A DNA stretch of 64,000 bases from an archaeon (GTDB lineage Archaea > Nanobdellota > Nanobdellia > Woesearchaeales > GW2011-AR9): NCBI GenBank assembly GCA_018670085.1, contig JABHRS010000022.1, positions 3,992 to 67,991 on the forward strand. The letters are read 5' to 3'. The translations under genes and the position numbers were made by a program. Under the pieces are notes generated by a model that did not search any database, was not told the DNA's origin, and saw nothing but the letters and a program-made list of their open reading frames with translations. This document shows positions 36,535 through 44,226 of the stretch, in pieces. Each line of letters opens with the position of its first letter. The first letter of the stretch is position 1.

Positions 36535-37310
36535 ATTTCTAGCTCTGAATCTTGTGTGTAGTTGGTTGATTTTTGCAGAGCAAGATATGCCTTATGTAAC
36601 TCTTTACCAATGTAGGCTGCGTGATCAATTCTAGAAACAATTCCTGCTTTATGAATTTCAAAATAAATATCTTGGGGCTTTTTTCCTTCGAAAATACAGT
36701 CAATAATTCCAAGCTCTTTACAATGAGCAAGTTCGAGAATCTGCTTTTCCTTATTTATTCTGATTAAAAAATATCCCTTTGGATCCATTTCCCAATCTGC
36801 AATTTCATCGTAATCTCCAACAATTACCGGAACAGAATCCAGTTGGTCTTTGTTGGAAACTCCAGTTGGTTTAAATTCTTTTAAAACTTCAGATTTACTC
36901 ATTCTAACCTGAGATTTGATCTTACTACTTTTGAACAGTTTTTCATTAAAGGCATTTAGGCGCTTAATTTTGATGTTGAGCTTGTTTTCTTTGATGAATT
37001 TTTGAACCCGTTCTTCTTTGATTGGTTGATCGTAACCTAAACAAATGATATCTGGTCTGATTTCAAGAATTATTTGCATCTCGTTAGATTCGTTTCCAAG
37101 TTCTACTTGATCAACAACACTGAGAGCTTCTAAAAACTCTTTTCTAAGATCTTCTGGGTAAATTGGGGCAACACCGGTGTTTTTAGTGATAGTTGAGTCT
37201 CTTGCTACCACAACTATTAATCTGTCACCATTGGATTTTGCTTCTTCAAAGAACTTAAGGTGCCCTGGGTGAACTAAATCGAATTTACCGGCTACTAGTA
37301 CTGTTTTCAT
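36531..37310 (-). CDS. cytidylyltransferase-like (RibL/FAD synthetase-type) domain fused to a DUF4346-like domain
   Basis: N-terminus VLVAGKFDLVHPGHLKFFEEAK...LIVVVARD (HxGH nucleotidyltransferase). C-terminus DPKGYFLIRINKE...IDHAAYIGKELHKAYLALQ...YTQDSELEI resembles DUF4346. Confidence 0.6.
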   Translation of the reverse strand: MKTVLVAGKFDLVHPGHLKFFEEAKSNGDRLIVVVARDSTITKNTGVAPIYPEDLRKEFLEALSVVDQVELGNESNEMQIILEIRPDIICLGYDQPIKEERVQKFIKENKLNIKIKRLNAFNEKLFKSSKIKSQVRMSKSEVLKEFKPTGVSNKDQLDSVPVIVGDYDEIADWEMDPKGYFLIRINKEKQILELAHCKELGIIDCIFEGKKPQDIYFEIHKAGIVSRIDHAAYIGKELHKAYLALQKSTNYTQDSELEI

Positions 37311-37354
37311 CTAAGCTTGTGTTAAAAGGCTCATTTTTAAACTTTAGTATGAAA

Positions 37355-37921
37355 CTATAGAATTACAAGATTTTTTTTAATCTCTTTTAATAATTGAGGA
37401 AATTGAAGGAACCCAGATTCTTTATTGAAATGACCACCATTATCAATAATTTTTAGATCTGCATCAAGTTTCTGTTGTAACTCATTTGCTTTTTCAATTG
37501 GAACATAAGGGTCATTGTTAGAGTGGAACATAATTATTTTTTGGCAGGAAGATCTTATTTTATTGAAGTTGAATTTTCTGTCTGTGAAAGTTTGATTAAT
37601 CTGGTCAAATTCAGGGTTACCTAAGAGACCTAAGAATCCTGAGACAAAGAAGCAGACAGATATTTTTTTGTTAGATTGTTGCAGTATATCTAAGATGAAA
37701 GCTGGACCTAAACTGTGCCCGATGAAAATAGTGTTTTGATCAATTTTTGCTTTGTGTTTAGAAAATATTTTTCGCCATGATTCTAAGGATTGATCAATTG
37801 GTGTTGGAAATTTTGGGACTATTAATTCGTGCCCTAAAGCTTCTAGCTCTGTTTTAAGCCAAGGGAACCAATTTTCGTTCGGGTTACCAAAGCTGCCGTG
37901 GATGAGGAAGATTGTGGTCAT
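37355..37921 (-). CDS. alpha/beta hydrolase, YdeN/RBBP9-like serine hydrolase
   Basis: IFLIHGSFGNPNENWFPWL, nucleophile elbow GHSLG, ~188 aa. Confidence 0.7.
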   Translation of the reverse strand: MTTIFLIHGSFGNPNENWFPWLKTELEALGHELIVPKFPTPIDQSLESWRKIFSKHKAKIDQNTIFIGHSLGPAFILDILQQSNKKISVCFFVSGFLGLLGNPEFDQINQTFTDRKFNFNKIRSSCQKIIMFHSNNDPYVPIEKANELQQKLDADLKIIDNGGHFNKESGFLQFPQLLKEIKKNLVIL

Positions 37922-37993
37922 TGAGGTGTATTAAGCTTAAACTTACAAAAATCTTTGCTTTTTGAAGTTCTTAGATCAAAGATCTCAGTAACC

Positions 37994-38001
37994 TTTATAA
38001 A
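37994..38001 (+). promoter_or_regulatory. candidate TATA box of the Zn-ribbon / EF-1beta genes
   Basis: CC-TTTATAAA-T 23 nt upstream of the ATG at 38024. Confidence 0.4.
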
Positions 38002-38023
38002 TAGGGTTCATTCCGATCCTCTT

Positions 38024-38194
38024 ATGAAATCAACAGTATGCATCTCAACTAAAAAACAAATTGTGAACGATTCAGGAGCAGTTAGATTCCCTTGCCCTGG
38101 ATGTGCTGACTATGAGATTGTTCGAGGAACATTTGCTCGAAAAAACGCAATCAAATACCACTGCCCATCTTGTGGATTCACTGGACCTAACTAG
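38024..38194 (+). CDS. small Zn-ribbon protein (COG2888-type, usually found upstream of EF-1beta)
   Basis: The track ORF starts at 37955; the ATG at 38024 gives a 56-aa protein with CPGC...CPSC. Conserved archaeal neighbourhood with aEF-1beta. Confidence 0.65.
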   Translation: MKSTVCISTKKQIVNDSGAVRFPCPGCADYEIVRGTFARKNAIKYHCPSCGFTGPN

Positions 38195-38249
38195 GTTTTA
38201 TTCTATTTTTAGTTCAACAAATTTAAACTGAGAAAAACGAGGTATAACT

Positions 38250-38528
38250 ATGTCTAAAGCAATAATTACATTTAAAATAATGCCAGAGAGTCCTGACACT
38301 GATCTTGAATCTATTAAGGAAGGCGCAAAAAAAATCGCAGAAGAAGCTGGCGCAATCGGCGAGATGCTGGTTAAAGAAGACCCAATTGCTTTTGGGTTAG
38401 TTGCAGTTCTAGTTTTAGTTATGTACGAAGTAGATGGTGCAAACTTTGATGTGATTGCAGGAAAAATGGCAGAACTAGCTGGAGTTAATTCAGCAGAAGT
38501 TGCTAAGATGGATTTGGCTTTAGGGTAA
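38250..38528 (+). CDS. ef1b: elongation factor 1-beta (aEF-1beta)
   Basis: 92 aa. N-terminal ITFKIMPESPDTDLESIKE and C-terminal FGL..L pattern are typical of aEF-1beta. Confidence 0.85.
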   Translation: MSKAIITFKIMPESPDTDLESIKEGAKKIAEEAGAIGEMLVKEDPIAFGLVAVLVLVMYEVDGANFDVIAGKMAELAGVNSAEVAKMDLALG

Positions 38529-38581
38529 AATCTTTTTTATTTTTAATTTCTTTTTCTAATTTTTATTTAATCATTAATTTA

Positions 38582-40318
38582 TTATTGGCTATTTTTTAAG
38601 AATTCTCTAGCTTTAAACAAAATAGCAATTGTTTCTACGTTATTGATTTTACCATTCATACACCATTCAATTGCTTGGTCGAATGGAATTTTTAGAAGTT
38701 CAATTTCTTCGTCATCATCTTGATTATCCTCTCTAAAAGATAAATTTTTGGCAATAAAATAACTATCAACATGTGGGCCAGTAGAAGGATCTATCTCTAA
38801 ACTACCTAACTCAATGAACTCTGTTGCAACAATTCCAGCTTCTTCTTGTAACTCTCTTTTGGCGGCTTCTAATTTTGACTCGCCTTTTTCTAATCCACCT
38901 CCAATTAATTCTATATTGTAATCTTGGATGGGATAACGATATTCTTTGATTAGGTAGACATTGTTTTCTTTATCAATAGGTAAGATACAAACCCCATCCA
39001 TTACCTTGATGTAAGTGTATTCTCCTTTGTTCCCATTTGGATTAATTACTTCATCAAAATAAGTATCAAATATTTTACCAGAATGAATCTTTTCACTGGA
39101 AACCTGAGTCCAATTACCTATTTTGACCCCCTTCGTTTCCGATGGAACTTTAGTCATTTTAGGTTCATTTTGAACAAGACTAAGTGTTGTTTGCTGAACC
39201 TTTAGTGTTCCTTTCTTGGAAGTAATTCTATTGTTTTTTTCATTGACCACAAAAGAAGTTCTAAGGAATTGCTCAAGCACATGGACATTAGTTGTACTAT
39301 GTTTTGTAATATCATTAGTTACAATTGAGGAATTTGGAAGTAGAGCCATATAGATTAGTAACTGATCTGCGAGGTAATGATCAACAGCAGCCCCTGAATC
39401 AATAAGTTGTTTTAGTTTTTTTGCAACACCTTGGCCAATTTCTTCAGAAGAAACACCCTTCTCAATTAACATCGAGGAAGCTAACCTGATGCAATTTGTT
39501 GGATTAATATCTCCGTTTTTACTATGTACAGTCCAAAGTAAAAATTCTCCTCCTGTTGAAAGAGCAGGAAAATAACCTTTATCGATACTTACAGGGATCC
39601 TTAAATTTCTAAAACTGGTGGTTGCAGCAGCCTCAACACGCCTTGCAACTTCAACGTCGGAAAGATTTCTTGAAGAATTAACAAAGCCTTTAACATATTC
39701 TAATTTACCTTGACTTGTGAAATCAAATTTTCTAACTCCAGTTGAAATTTTTGAAATTAAAGACTGAATATCACTGAACTCTTTTAATTTGAATTTTGGA
39801 GTAATTTCTAAAACTATTTCTCCACCACCTTTTGGATAATAACCTCGCTTAGTTACACTAAGAGTTAGTTTGTTTGCAAAACGTTGAAGGTTTGGTAGCA
39901 GAATAGATTGTAAATAATCAACTGAAGCTTGCCATTTTCCACAAGTACCTCCCTTGATTGTAAGAGTGACTTTACTCGGTGCGAAAAGACAAGGAGGGAG
40001 GACTGCTTGTAAAAATAAACTAATACTACCTGCAGTTTTGATATCAAAAGTGTATTGGCCAGATTTTATCTGACCTGGATGAAACCAAAATTCAGTTGTT
40101 CCAAGTTCGATTGGACTTGTTTTAGTGGTTGGTGCTAATTGTTTTAATGCTTTGATTGCTTCAAGATGTTGGGCCTTGAGCCCAGTTTTTGGCCTTCCAC
40201 TTCGAATATTTTTGATTTTGAACGGTTTTTGACTAAGCATGGATGAAGCTAAAGCAGTTCTCACCAATGCTCCGCCCCCTTCACCAAAGGACCCATCCAA
40301 TTCAATCATTTGTGCCAT
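38582..40318 (-). CDS. rtcA: RNA 3'-terminal phosphate cyclase (RtcA) fused to a C-terminal Nudix hydrolase domain
   Basis: N-terminal ~345 aa: IELDGSFGEGGGALVRTALA, GLKAQHLEAI, VDHYLADQLLIYMAL (RtcA). C-terminal ~190 aa carry an exact Nudix box GGLEKGESKLEAAKRELQEEAGI in an ADP-ribose-pyrophosphatase-like context. Confidence 0.8.
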   Translation of the reverse strand: MAQMIELDGSFGEGGGALVRTALASSMLSQKPFKIKNIRSGRPKTGLKAQHLEAIKALKQLAPTTKTSPIELGTTEFWFHPGQIKSGQYTFDIKTAGSISLFLQAVLPPCLFAPSKVTLTIKGGTCGKWQASVDYLQSILLPNLQRFANKLTLSVTKRGYYPKGGGEIVLEITPKFKLKEFSDIQSLISKISTGVRKFDFTSQGKLEYVKGFVNSSRNLSDVEVARRVEAAATTSFRNLRIPVSIDKGYFPALSTGGEFLLWTVHSKNGDINPTNCIRLASSMLIEKGVSSEEIGQGVAKKLKQLIDSGAAVDHYLADQLLIYMALLPNSSIVTNDITKHSTTNVHVLEQFLRTSFVVNEKNNRITSKKGTLKVQQTTLSLVQNEPKMTKVPSETKGVKIGNWTQVSSEKIHSGKIFDTYFDEVINPNGNKGEYTYIKVMDGVCILPIDKENNVYLIKEYRYPIQDYNIELIGGGLEKGESKLEAAKRELQEEAGIVATEFIELGSLEIDPSTGPHVDSYFIAKNLSFREDNQDDDEEIELLKIPFDQAIEWCMNGKINNVETIAILFKAREFLKNSQ

Positions 40319-40369
40319 GTTCTTAATTTTTAGTTTTTTAGTTTTTTTTTTATTTTAAATTTTTGAATT

Positions 40370-40975
40370 TTAATTAATTTTATTTTGTTGGAAAAATTTT
40401 CTAGTTTTAAATGCAATGATTAGACCGTCACCAACATTTAACTCTTTGTATGATAGACCACTATTTTCTAGATCCTTGAAGAAAGTTCCAAGCTTAGTTT
40501 TGTGAGAGATAGTATTGTCAATGAAAATAGCGCCATTGTCTTCCAATAAAGGAATGCTAAGTAGGAGAAATTCACCATAATCTGGTTTATGGGCGTCAAT
40601 AAATATACAATGGAATTTTCTTTTTTCTTTATTAAATCGTTTTAAGACATCAAATGCATTTGCTTGAATTAATTCTATATTATCACTAAGGAGACAATTT
40701 TGGACAGCTTCAACTATGAATATTCTGTCTTTTTCAATAGTTGTTACATGGTCAGCTACAAGTGAGAAATTTAGTGCGGAATATCCAATGTGCGTTCCAA
40801 TCTCTAGAACTCGATGGAAATCACCTTGGCGGATGTATTGCATGATTAAATGCAATGAATCTTGTTTTACGAACCAATCAGTACGTTCAGATTCAAGTTC
40901 TTTGATTTTGGCAAGGACTGTCTGTTGAGGCATAAGAGTTCGGATTTTGGGTACTTTAAATGGGTTGCGGCGCAA
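40370..40975 (-). CDS. class I O-methyltransferase (family 3, YrrM/TrmR/CCoAOMT-like)
   Basis: VLEIGTHIGYSALNF, FIDAHKPDYGEFL. Confidence 0.7.
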   Translation of the reverse strand: MRRNPFKVPKIRTLMPQQTVLAKIKELESERTDWFVKQDSLHLIMQYIRQGDFHRVLEIGTHIGYSALNFSLVADHVTTIEKDRIFIVEAVQNCLLSDNIELIQANAFDVLKRFNKEKRKFHCIFIDAHKPDYGEFLLLSIPLLEDNGAIFIDNTISHKTKLGTFFKDLENSGLSYKELNVGDGLIIAFKTRKFFQQNKIN

Positions 40976-41013
40976 TTATCTGAATCTAAGCCACTGGTCA
41001 AGTATAGATAGCC

Positions 41014-41021
41014 TTTAAATA
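41014..41021 (+). promoter_or_regulatory. candidate TATA box
   Basis: CC-TTTAAATA 29 nt upstream of the ATG at 41050. Confidence 0.3.
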
Positions 41022-41049
41022 TTTATTTAATCATAATTAATGAATTAAA

Positions 41050-41769
41050 ATGAATACGAAAAGACAATCTGAAAAAAGAAAAATAATTAGAGATTTCATT
41101 GTAAAAAATCCGACCTGTACGTATCTTGACATTAAAAATAATACAAAAATCAAAGTTGAAAGAATATATCAAAATATGCCTGCAGCCTTTCTTGATGCAG
41201 GAGTAGCATTACCAATTAGATATTATAAACGAAATAAAGATAATCAAAAAGAAGAAGTAATCTCATTTTTAAAGAGAAATCCAGGAGCGACTGTTATTGA
41301 GATCCAAGAAGTCACAGGAGTGAATATCCCAAGAGAGTTTGGATCTATTAAAGATGTTTACAAATTGGCAGGCGTTAGATATCCTGAAAGAGAAGTAACT
41401 AGTGGAGTCATGAATCCAGATGTCTGCAAAAGAAGCATTCTTTTTGAAAAATTCGTTGTTGATGAATTTTCTAAATATGGAGAAGTGTTTCCAAAAGTAA
41501 GATGTAATAAAGGCATTACTGATGCAATTTTTGTGAAAGATAACATCAAATATGTAGTTGAAGTTAAAGATTTTAGGGGAAGAAATAACATCACTAAATC
41601 CCAAATAAAACAGATATTAAGGTATATGAAAGATTTGGATATAAGGGAAGGTTTTATCGTTTGCCCTGAAGAAAGCTTCCCAAAAAGGAATAATAGCAGA
41701 AATCTTTTTATAGGGGACTTTAAGATAAGAATAATCTCACCAAAAGAAATTTGTGGGGGCGTAGTATAA
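41050..41769 (+). CDS. HTH-containing protein with C-terminal PD-(D/E)xK nuclease-fold domain
   Basis: Two wHTH-like N-terminal segments (IIRDFIVKNPTCTYLDI; VISFLKRNPGATVIEI). C-terminal GITDAIFVKDNIKYVVEVKD matches D...E-x-K. The last 15 nt overlap the tRNA-Trp gene. Confidence 0.55.
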   Translation: MNTKRQSEKRKIIRDFIVKNPTCTYLDIKNNTKIKVERIYQNMPAAFLDAGVALPIRYYKRNKDNQKEEVISFLKRNPGATVIEIQEVTGVNIPREFGSIKDVYKLAGVRYPEREVTSGVMNPDVCKRSILFEKFVVDEFSKYGEVFPKVRCNKGITDAIFVKDNIKYVVEVKDFRGRNNITKSQIKQILRYMKDLDIREGFIVCPEESFPKRNNSRNLFIGDFKIRIISPKEICGGVV

Positions 41770-41875
41770 CGGCTAGAATTTCGGGCTCCAGTAATGGAGC
41801 GATGAGTCACATTGTGGCGATGATTAGCTTTCTAGAAGATACCTGACGATCTGGGTTCGAATCCCAGCGTCCCCA
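41755..41875 (+). tRNA. tRNA-Trp (anticodon CCA) with a 49-nt intron after position 37
   Basis: Acceptor GGGGGCG / CGTCCCC plus discriminator A. Anticodon stem TCGGG / CCTGA, loop CT-CCA-G (CCA at 41788-41790). T-arm CTGGG-TTCGAAT-CCCAG. Predicted intron 41792-41840. No encoded CCA end. Confidence 0.85.
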
Positions 41876-41929
41876 CTCTTTACCTCACTTTCACTAACTT
41901 TTAAATACAAATTCTTCCTTCCCAATAAT

Positions 41930-42784
41930 ATGAATCAACTGAAACTAATCTCTAAATTACTTAGAGCCGAACAATGGTACAAAAATAGCGTTGTTTTCAT
42001 AGCTTTATTATTTTCAGGAAACCTATTTGATAAAGAATTGTTTCTAATCACTTTATTGGCATTTGTTGCCTTATGTTTAGTATCTTCAGCAAATTACATA
42101 ATTAATGATCTGCGAGATAAAGATAAAGACCGATTACACAAAATTAAAAAATTTCGACCAATTGCTGCAAAACTGATATCAGAAAAATTTGCTAAATTTT
42201 GGATTGCAGGATTGTTGATTTTTGGTTTCGGGTTATCATATATTTTGAATCTGTATTTCTGTGTGATGATAGTATTTTTATTTTTGTTAATGCAAACATA
42301 CACTTACTGGCTTAAACATTATTTATATTTAGATGTATTTATGATTTCAGTATTTTTTGTTTTGCGCGCCGTACTTGGAGCCTTTGCAATTATGGTCTGG
42401 ATTTCTCCTTGGTTGATCATTTGCCCTTTCTTTTTGGCGATATTTTTGGCTGCGAATAAAAGATATGCTGACCTTGCGATGGATTCTAAAAAAGCAGTTA
42501 AAACAAGATCTGTACTGAAAAAATATTCATTGTCAAAGGCGAAGAGGTTGGTGAACATCGGCGCTGTAATGTTGATTTTCAGTTTTACTATTTACTCTTT
42601 GCAGAAAAACCTGTACTTTTTGTTGTCAGTTCCAGTTGCAGCCGCTGCCTTGTGGCGTTACATGCAATTAGTTTTTTCGAATTATAAAATTGGCATACAA
42701 TCAGAATTAGCTTTAAGAGATTGGAAATTATTGATATTAAGTGTTATTTGGGCTGCAATCATCGGAATAGTTTTGTATATATAA
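41930..42784 (+). CDS. UbiA-family prenyltransferase (decaprenyl-phosphate phosphoribosyltransferase-like subgroup)
   Basis: LRAEQWYKN N-terminal signature, Asp-rich NDLRDKDKD, ~8 TM helices. Confidence 0.75.
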   Translation: MNQLKLISKLLRAEQWYKNSVVFIALLFSGNLFDKELFLITLLAFVALCLVSSANYIINDLRDKDKDRLHKIKKFRPIAAKLISEKFAKFWIAGLLIFGFGLSYILNLYFCVMIVFLFLLMQTYTYWLKHYLYLDVFMISVFFVLRAVLGAFAIMVWISPWLIICPFFLAIFLAANKRYADLAMDSKKAVKTRSVLKKYSLSKAKRLVNIGAVMLIFSFTIYSLQKNLYFLLSVPVAAAALWRYMQLVFSNYKIGIQSELALRDWKLLILSVIWAAIIGIVLYI

Positions 42785-42831
42785 CTTCAAAAAATTACAA
42801 ACAAATATAAACAGAATTCCTCTTCTTCTTT

Positions 42832-44049
42832 TTGATGGCGAATAATTGTGTCAGTTGGTGCAAAGAAAATTCTAAAATGCTTAAAGCAACTGCAGTTCTA
42901 ACTGGAACTGTGATTGGTGCTGGAATTCTTGGAATACCATATGTTGTTGCAAAAACAGGAATGCTATATGGTTCAGCTATTATTATCATAATTGGGATTG
43001 TGTTTTTATTTCTTAATTTATTTTTAGCAGAAATTTCACTTCGAACTAAAGGAGATCATCAGCTCAGTGGGTACATGGAAAAGTATCTTGGACGTTATGG
43101 AAAGATCGCTATGACATTTTCGATGATGGTTGGAATATATGGTGCACTGACAGCGTATTTAATTGGAGAGGGTGAATCGATAAAAGCCTTGATTATGCAG
43201 ATCCCAGGTCTTAGTTCTTTATTACCAGGGATTTTTTTGGAACCAATTACCCTTAGTATCATATTTTTTGTAATCTGTACAATTATCGTTTCAATGGGCG
43301 TTGAAGAAATGGGTAAAGCTGAGCTTGTTGTAGTGGGTTTTATGTTACTTGTTTTATTGTTAATAAGTGCGTTTTCAATTCCAAAAATACAAAGTAGTTT
43401 TTTGACTTATTCAAATGCTAAAGAGATATTATTCCCACTTGGAGTGATTATATTTGCCTTCATTGGATCAGCTGGGATTCCAGAGATGAAGGAGATTCTT
43501 AAAAAAGATAAAAAGAAATTCAAAACAGCAGTAATCATTGGCACTATAACTCCGATTGCATTATATTTATTTTTCTGTCTTGCGGTAATTGGAACAGTAG
43601 GTATTGCAAACTTTGAAAATTTAGCGGCTAATGAGAGAATTGCAACAATTGCGCTTGGATATTATATCGGACCTATTATGGGGGCGTTTGCGAACATTCT
43701 TGCAATTCTTGCAATGTTTACTTCCTTTATCACTTTAGGGGTTGCCTTGGTTGAGATGTATAATTACGATTACCATATACCAAGAAGTTGGAGTATCATT
43801 TTAACTGTGTCAGTTCCATTATTTGCACTATTGTTTAATCTGACAACTTTTATTTCGGCTCTCGCAATTACTGGAATATTTGCTGGCGGAATTGATGGGA
43901 TATTGATTGTACTTGCATATTGGAAAGCAAAATTGCTTGGGAAACGTAAGCCAGAATTCACAATGGGTAAACATAAATTTGTTGGTTACACAATTATTTC
44001 ATTGTTCTTGTTTGGAATGATCCATCAATTGTATTATTTGTTTTTCTGA
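42832..44049 (+). CDS. amino acid permease (aromatic amino acid / HAAAP-like)
   Basis: GTVIGAGILGIPYVVAKTG, about 11 TM helices, 405 aa. The start may be the internal MLKATAV. Confidence 0.7.
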   Translation: MMANNCVSWCKENSKMLKATAVLTGTVIGAGILGIPYVVAKTGMLYGSAIIIIIGIVFLFLNLFLAEISLRTKGDHQLSGYMEKYLGRYGKIAMTFSMMVGIYGALTAYLIGEGESIKALIMQIPGLSSLLPGIFLEPITLSIIFFVICTIIVSMGVEEMGKAELVVVGFMLLVLLLISAFSIPKIQSSFLTYSNAKEILFPLGVIIFAFIGSAGIPEMKEILKKDKKKFKTAVIIGTITPIALYLFFCLAVIGTVGIANFENLAANERIATIALGYYIGPIMGAFANILAILAMFTSFITLGVALVEMYNYDYHIPRSWSIILTVSVPLFALLFNLTTFISALAITGIFAGGIDGILIVLAYWKAKLLGKRKPEFTMGKHKFVGYTIISLFLFGMIHQLYYLFF

Positions 44050-44185
44050 TCTTTAATTCGAAGTTAATCATCCGTTAAATGCAATTATTCCAGTATCTCT
44101 TCATCTCAATTAAGGAATTGTATTATTTTTTTGTATATTTTTATTAGTTTTTTTTGTATATTTTTATCTAATTTTAAAACGAAGG

Positions 44186-44193
44186 TTTATAAA
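44186..44193 (+). promoter_or_regulatory. candidate TATA box of the giant surface protein gene
   Basis: GG-TTTATAAA-G 34 nt upstream of the ATG at 44227. It lies inside the TTG-initiated track ORF, which argues against the 44131 start. Confidence 0.45.
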
Positions 44194-44226
44194 GTTCTCG
44201 ACCATTTATCTATTAGATTTACCGTG

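Noticed and set aside
41792-41840. Box C/D guide RNA inside the tRNA-Trp intron
   Set aside because: Two GCGATGA heptamers resemble box C/C', but no CUGA box D/D' is present in the intron and the spacing to the exon CUGA (20 nt) does not fit the 12-nt guide rule. It is kept only as a note within the tRNA finding.
42832-44049. Functional link between tRNA-Trp and the neighbouring aromatic-amino-acid-type permease
   Set aside because: The permease subfamily assignment is tentative, and simple adjacency with an intervening UbiA gene is weak evidence. It is probably coincidence.
44131-44226. TTG-initiated 5' extension of the giant protein ORF (MYIFISFFCIFLSNFKTKVYKVLDHLSIRFTV)
   Set aside because: It contains a good TATA box (TTTATAAA, 44186-44193) at the right distance from the ATG at 44227. 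The extension adds a hydrophobic stretch upstream of an already complete signal peptide.
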